From: an uncultured Rhodomicrobium sp.
GTDB taxonomy: Bacteria > Pseudomonadota > Alphaproteobacteria > Rhizobiales > Rhodomicrobiaceae
Assembly: GCA_964498645.1 (NCBI GenBank)
Contig: CAZCIF010000003.1
Span: 1-53,097 of the forward strand
Direction of reading: 5' to 3'
DNA: 53,097 nt
Within the stretch, counting starts at the first letter, position 1. Each line of letters begins with the position of its first letter. The notes under the pieces were generated by a model that was given only the letters and a program-made list of their open reading frames with translations, was not told the DNA's origin and did not search any database. A program made the position numbers and the translations under genes. Positions 50,346 to 53,097 of this stretch are shown one piece after another.

Positions 50346-51761
50346 TTAATCTGTATCTTTGCCGATGGAAGCCGCATGGGGCGCTTCGCCTGCCCCGCCC
50401 TCCTGGTGCTCAGACGCGCGCCCATTTGCCTGAGCGGACTCGTGCCGGGCGCGCGTACGGCGTGCCCAGTCCTCGCGGTTAACCTGAGGAGCGCGCGTAA
50501 GAGCCAAAGCATGATCGGGGACATCGCGGCCGATGACGCTGCCAGAGCCGACATAGGCGCCCTCACCGATGCGAACCGGCGCGACGAGGGCGCTGTTCGA
50601 ACCGATGAACGCGCGCGCGCCGATCTCGGTCTTGTGTTTGTGGAAGCCATCATAATTGCAGGTGATGGTGCCCGCGCCGATATTCGCATCCTCGCCAATC
50701 CCGGCGTCTCCGATGTAGCTCAAGTGATTGACCTTGACACCGGCCTTGAGATCCGCGGCCTTCAGCTCCACGAAGTTTCCAATGCGAACCCCAGGGCCAA
50801 GGCGGGTCCCCGGACGCAAGCGCGCGAAGGGGCCAATCGTGACGCCGCTTTCGATATAGGCGCCCTCGATATGGCTGAAGGCTTTGATGGTTACGCCGTC
50901 TCCGATCACAGTGCCCGGTCCAAAAAAGACGTTCGGCTCGATCAAAACATCCTGGCCGATGATGGTATCGTGGCTGAATGTCACGGTCGACGGGGAAATC
51001 AGCGTTGCGCCGCCCTCCATGGCCCGCAAGCGGAGCCGGTCTTGCAGGATTGCCTCCGCCTCGCTCAACTGCGCGCGGGTATTGACGCCCCGGACCTCGT
51101 CTTCGCCAATCAGCGCATAAGCAACCCGGTGGCCGGCCGCCCGTGCGATCTCCACGGCGTCGGTCAGGTAATACTCTCCGGCCTTGTTCTTGTTATCGAT
51201 GCGATCCAGCAAGCCAAGGACGATGTTGCCCTGGAACGCCATGATGCCGGAGTTGCATAAGGATATGCCGCGTTCCTCCAGCGTAGCGTCCTTCTCTTCG
51301 CGGATGGCGAGAAGCTCTCCGTTATCCGCCGTGATGAAGCGGCCATAGCCTTTGGGGTCCTTGGCATTGAAGCCCATAACCGCCATGCCGGCGCCGTCTT
51401 GCAGAGCGCTTGCGAGGGCTTTGAGGCTCGCGGGTGTCACGAGCGGCGTATCGCCATAGAGGATGAGTACCGGACCCGTCTCATCCTGCAAAGCCGGCCG
51501 CGCCATGAGCACGGCATGCGCCGTCCCGAGCCGGTCCTTCTGCTCGAAGAAGCGGGTTTCAACCGGAGTATGGAGCTGCTCGAACCCCTTGCTCTCGGGC
51601 GGAATCACCGCCGAGCAGCGATGCGCGCCCGCCGCCGCTGCCGCGTTCATGACATGAGCCACGAGCGGCAATCCGGCCAGCGGGTGCAGCACTTTCGGCA
51701 ACGCCGATTTCATGCGGGTCCCCTGCCCCGCTGCAAGCACCACCGCGTGAAATGCAACCAT
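50346..51761 (-). CDS. glmU: Bifunctional UDP-GlcNAc pyrophosphorylase/GlcN-1-P acetyltransferase
   Basis: LAAGQGTRMKS.LPKVLH, EYYLTD, HLSYIGD, GTITCNYDG. Confidence 0.98.
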   Translation of the reverse strand: MVAFHAVVLAAGQGTRMKSALPKVLHPLAGLPLVAHVMNAAAAAGAHRCSAVIPPESKGFEQLHTPVETRFFEQKDRLGTAHAVLMARPALQDETGPVLILYGDTPLVTPASLKALASALQDGAGMAVMGFNAKDPKGYGRFITADNGELLAIREEKDATLEERGISLCNSGIMAFQGNIVLGLLDRIDNKNKAGEYYLTDAVEIARAAGHRVAYALIGEDEVRGVNTRAQLSEAEAILQDRLRLRAMEGGATLISPSTVTFSHDTIIGQDVLIEPNVFFGPGTVIGDGVTIKAFSHIEGAYIESGVTIGPFARLRPGTRLGPGVRIGNFVELKAADLKAGVKVNHLSYIGDAGIGEDANIGAGTITCNYDGFHKHKTEIGARAFIGSNSALVAPVRIGEGAYVGSGSVIGRDVPDHALALTRAPQVNREDWARRTRARHESAQANGRASEHQEGGAGEAPHAASIGKDTD

Positions 51762-51914
51762 GGCTCCAAACCTCATGAACGACAGTTAGCCCGTTGCTTA
51801 GGGCGCGGCGGACCGCCTGTCAAAATCGAAAGCACGCGATTGCGCCATGGGCCTGATTTGAAGCTGGGCAGCGCAGAGCCCACCGGCAATCGAAGGTGCA
51901 CGCTGCCGCTCTCA

Positions 51915-52868
51915 TTACAAAGTTTGAGCACCAAACGTATCGCAGGCGCCGATCGTACCCTCGTCATAGCCCCGCTTGAACCAGCGCATGCGCTGCTCTG
52001 AGGCGCCGTGTGTGAAGGAATCGGGGACGGCATAGCCGCGGGTGCTCTTTTGAATGGCATCGTCGCCGATGGCTGAGGCCGCACGCAGCGCGGCTTCGAT
52101 ATCTCCCGGCTCAAGGATCTTGTTTATGCGGGCGGTGTTCTTGGCCCAGACGCCGGCATAGCAATCGGCCTGAAGCTCTACCCGGACCTGGATGGCGTTG
52201 CGCCCAGCCCCGGACGCCGCCATTTGCAAGCGCTGCGCGGCCTGCAGCTTGCCAAGCACGTTCTGTATGTGATGACCCACCTCATGGGCAATCACATAGG
52301 CCTGTGCGAACTCGCCCGGCGCCTTGAAACGCCGCTTGAGCGTTTCATAAAAGGACAGGTCGATATAGATCTTCCGGTTTGCAGGGCAATAGAATGGCCC
52401 CATTTGCGCGCTCGCGCGGCCGCAGCCCGATTGGATGCCGTTCCGGAAGAGGACAAGCCTCGGCGGGGGGTAGCTGCGTCCCTGATCGTGGAAAAGCTTT
52501 GTCCATATGTCCTCGGTGTCGGCCAGCACCACCGAGACGAAGCGCTTCATCGTATCGTCCTGCGCGCTGACCGCGCGCGGCTCCCGGCTGTTTGGAAGCT
52601 GGATCTGGCGGCCGCCGCCCGGCATCTCCATTCCGCCGCCCGCCAGGATCACCCGCGGGTCGACGCCGAGAAGCAGGGCAATGCCGGCGATGGCGAGCAC
52701 GCCGATGACGCAGATTCCGCCGCCTTGGCCCATGGGGATTTGAAACCCGCCGCCTCCGCCACCTGGAAACGGCATACCGAAGCCGCCGCCAGGCCCGTCG
52801 TCATAGCCGCTATCGTAGCGCTGGTCCTCGACGTTTTCGCTCTCGCGGCGGCCTTGCCATCTCATCAA
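51915..52868 (-). CDS. YpfJ-family neutral zinc metallopeptidase
   Basis: MRWQGRRESENVED, GPFYCP, AHEVGHH, ELQADC, PDSFTHG. Confidence 0.92.
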   Translation of the reverse strand: MMRWQGRRESENVEDQRYDSGYDDGPGGGFGMPFPGGGGGGFQIPMGQGGGICVIGVLAIAGIALLLGVDPRVILAGGGMEMPGGGRQIQLPNSREPRAVSAQDDTMKRFVSVVLADTEDIWTKLFHDQGRSYPPPRLVLFRNGIQSGCGRASAQMGPFYCPANRKIYIDLSFYETLKRRFKAPGEFAQAYVIAHEVGHHIQNVLGKLQAAQRLQMAASGAGRNAIQVRVELQADCYAGVWAKNTARINKILEPGDIEAALRAASAIGDDAIQKSTRGYAVPDSFTHGASEQRMRWFKRGYDEGTIGACDTFGAQTL

Positions 52869-52874
52869 AATGCC

Positions 52875-53097
52875 TCACTCTTGCGCTGGTACAAGCGCCC
52901 GCGTCTTTTCCGGAACGGGCAGCAGGGACCGGACAGATTTGGATGCCATCACGGAGCCTTGATTGACATAAGCTTCGTGGTTCCGCTCGATATCCCGAAG
53001 GTCATAGCGGTAATTGACCATCAAGCTCAAGCCCTGGCGGATACCTTTTTCCGACGTATCGCCGAGCAAGTTGAGCCTTTCGAGCCTGGCGCCGTTT
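52875..53097 (-). CDS. Malonyl-CoA decarboxylase, 3' end (truncated by window edge)
   Basis: NGARLERLN.LGD.S.KG....LMVNY.YDL..IE.NHEAY matches the MCD C-terminal signature. Confidence 0.85.
   Translation of the reverse strand, partial: NGARLERLNLLGDTSEKGIRQGLSLMVNYRYDLRDIERNHEAYVNQGSVMASKSVRSLLPVPEKTRALVPAQE

Overview
GC-rich alphaproteobacterial chromosome segment. Gene content and order look Hyphomicrobiales-like, possibly Rhodomicrobium-like (inference). The backbone is housekeeping: recJ, glpX-hom-aminotransferase, comEC/gltX/gltA, aapJQM/metC, tRNA-Val(TAC), mntH/mntR, mfd/sdhE/recG, glmS/glmU, a YpfJ-type peptidase and the 3' end of malonyl-CoA decarboxylase. Accessory genes sit at several points. 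(i) About 11 kb between recJ and glpX holds an orphan Mrr-like nuclease, a PepSY-response regulator-kinase-hemerythrin P1B-5 ATPase operon facing a PepSY-cytochrome b pair, a kinase/phosphatase deglycation-type pair, an unannotated 35-aa membrane protein and a degenerate polysaccharide deacetylase. (ii) Between gltX and gltA lie two small coiled-coil paralogues (one truncated) and two tandem non-catalytic FGE-sulfatase/C-type-lectin genes; their N-termini look like eroded TIR domains and their 3' ends resemble DGR variable regions. (iii) A tandem SoxW-like thioredoxin sits backwards inside the aap operon. (iv) A globin lies next to the tRNA. Several REP-like palindromic repeats occur in intergenic gaps. 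I saw no integrase, transposase, reverse transcriptase, CRISPR array or rRNA. All calls come from reading motifs by eye; no searches were run.
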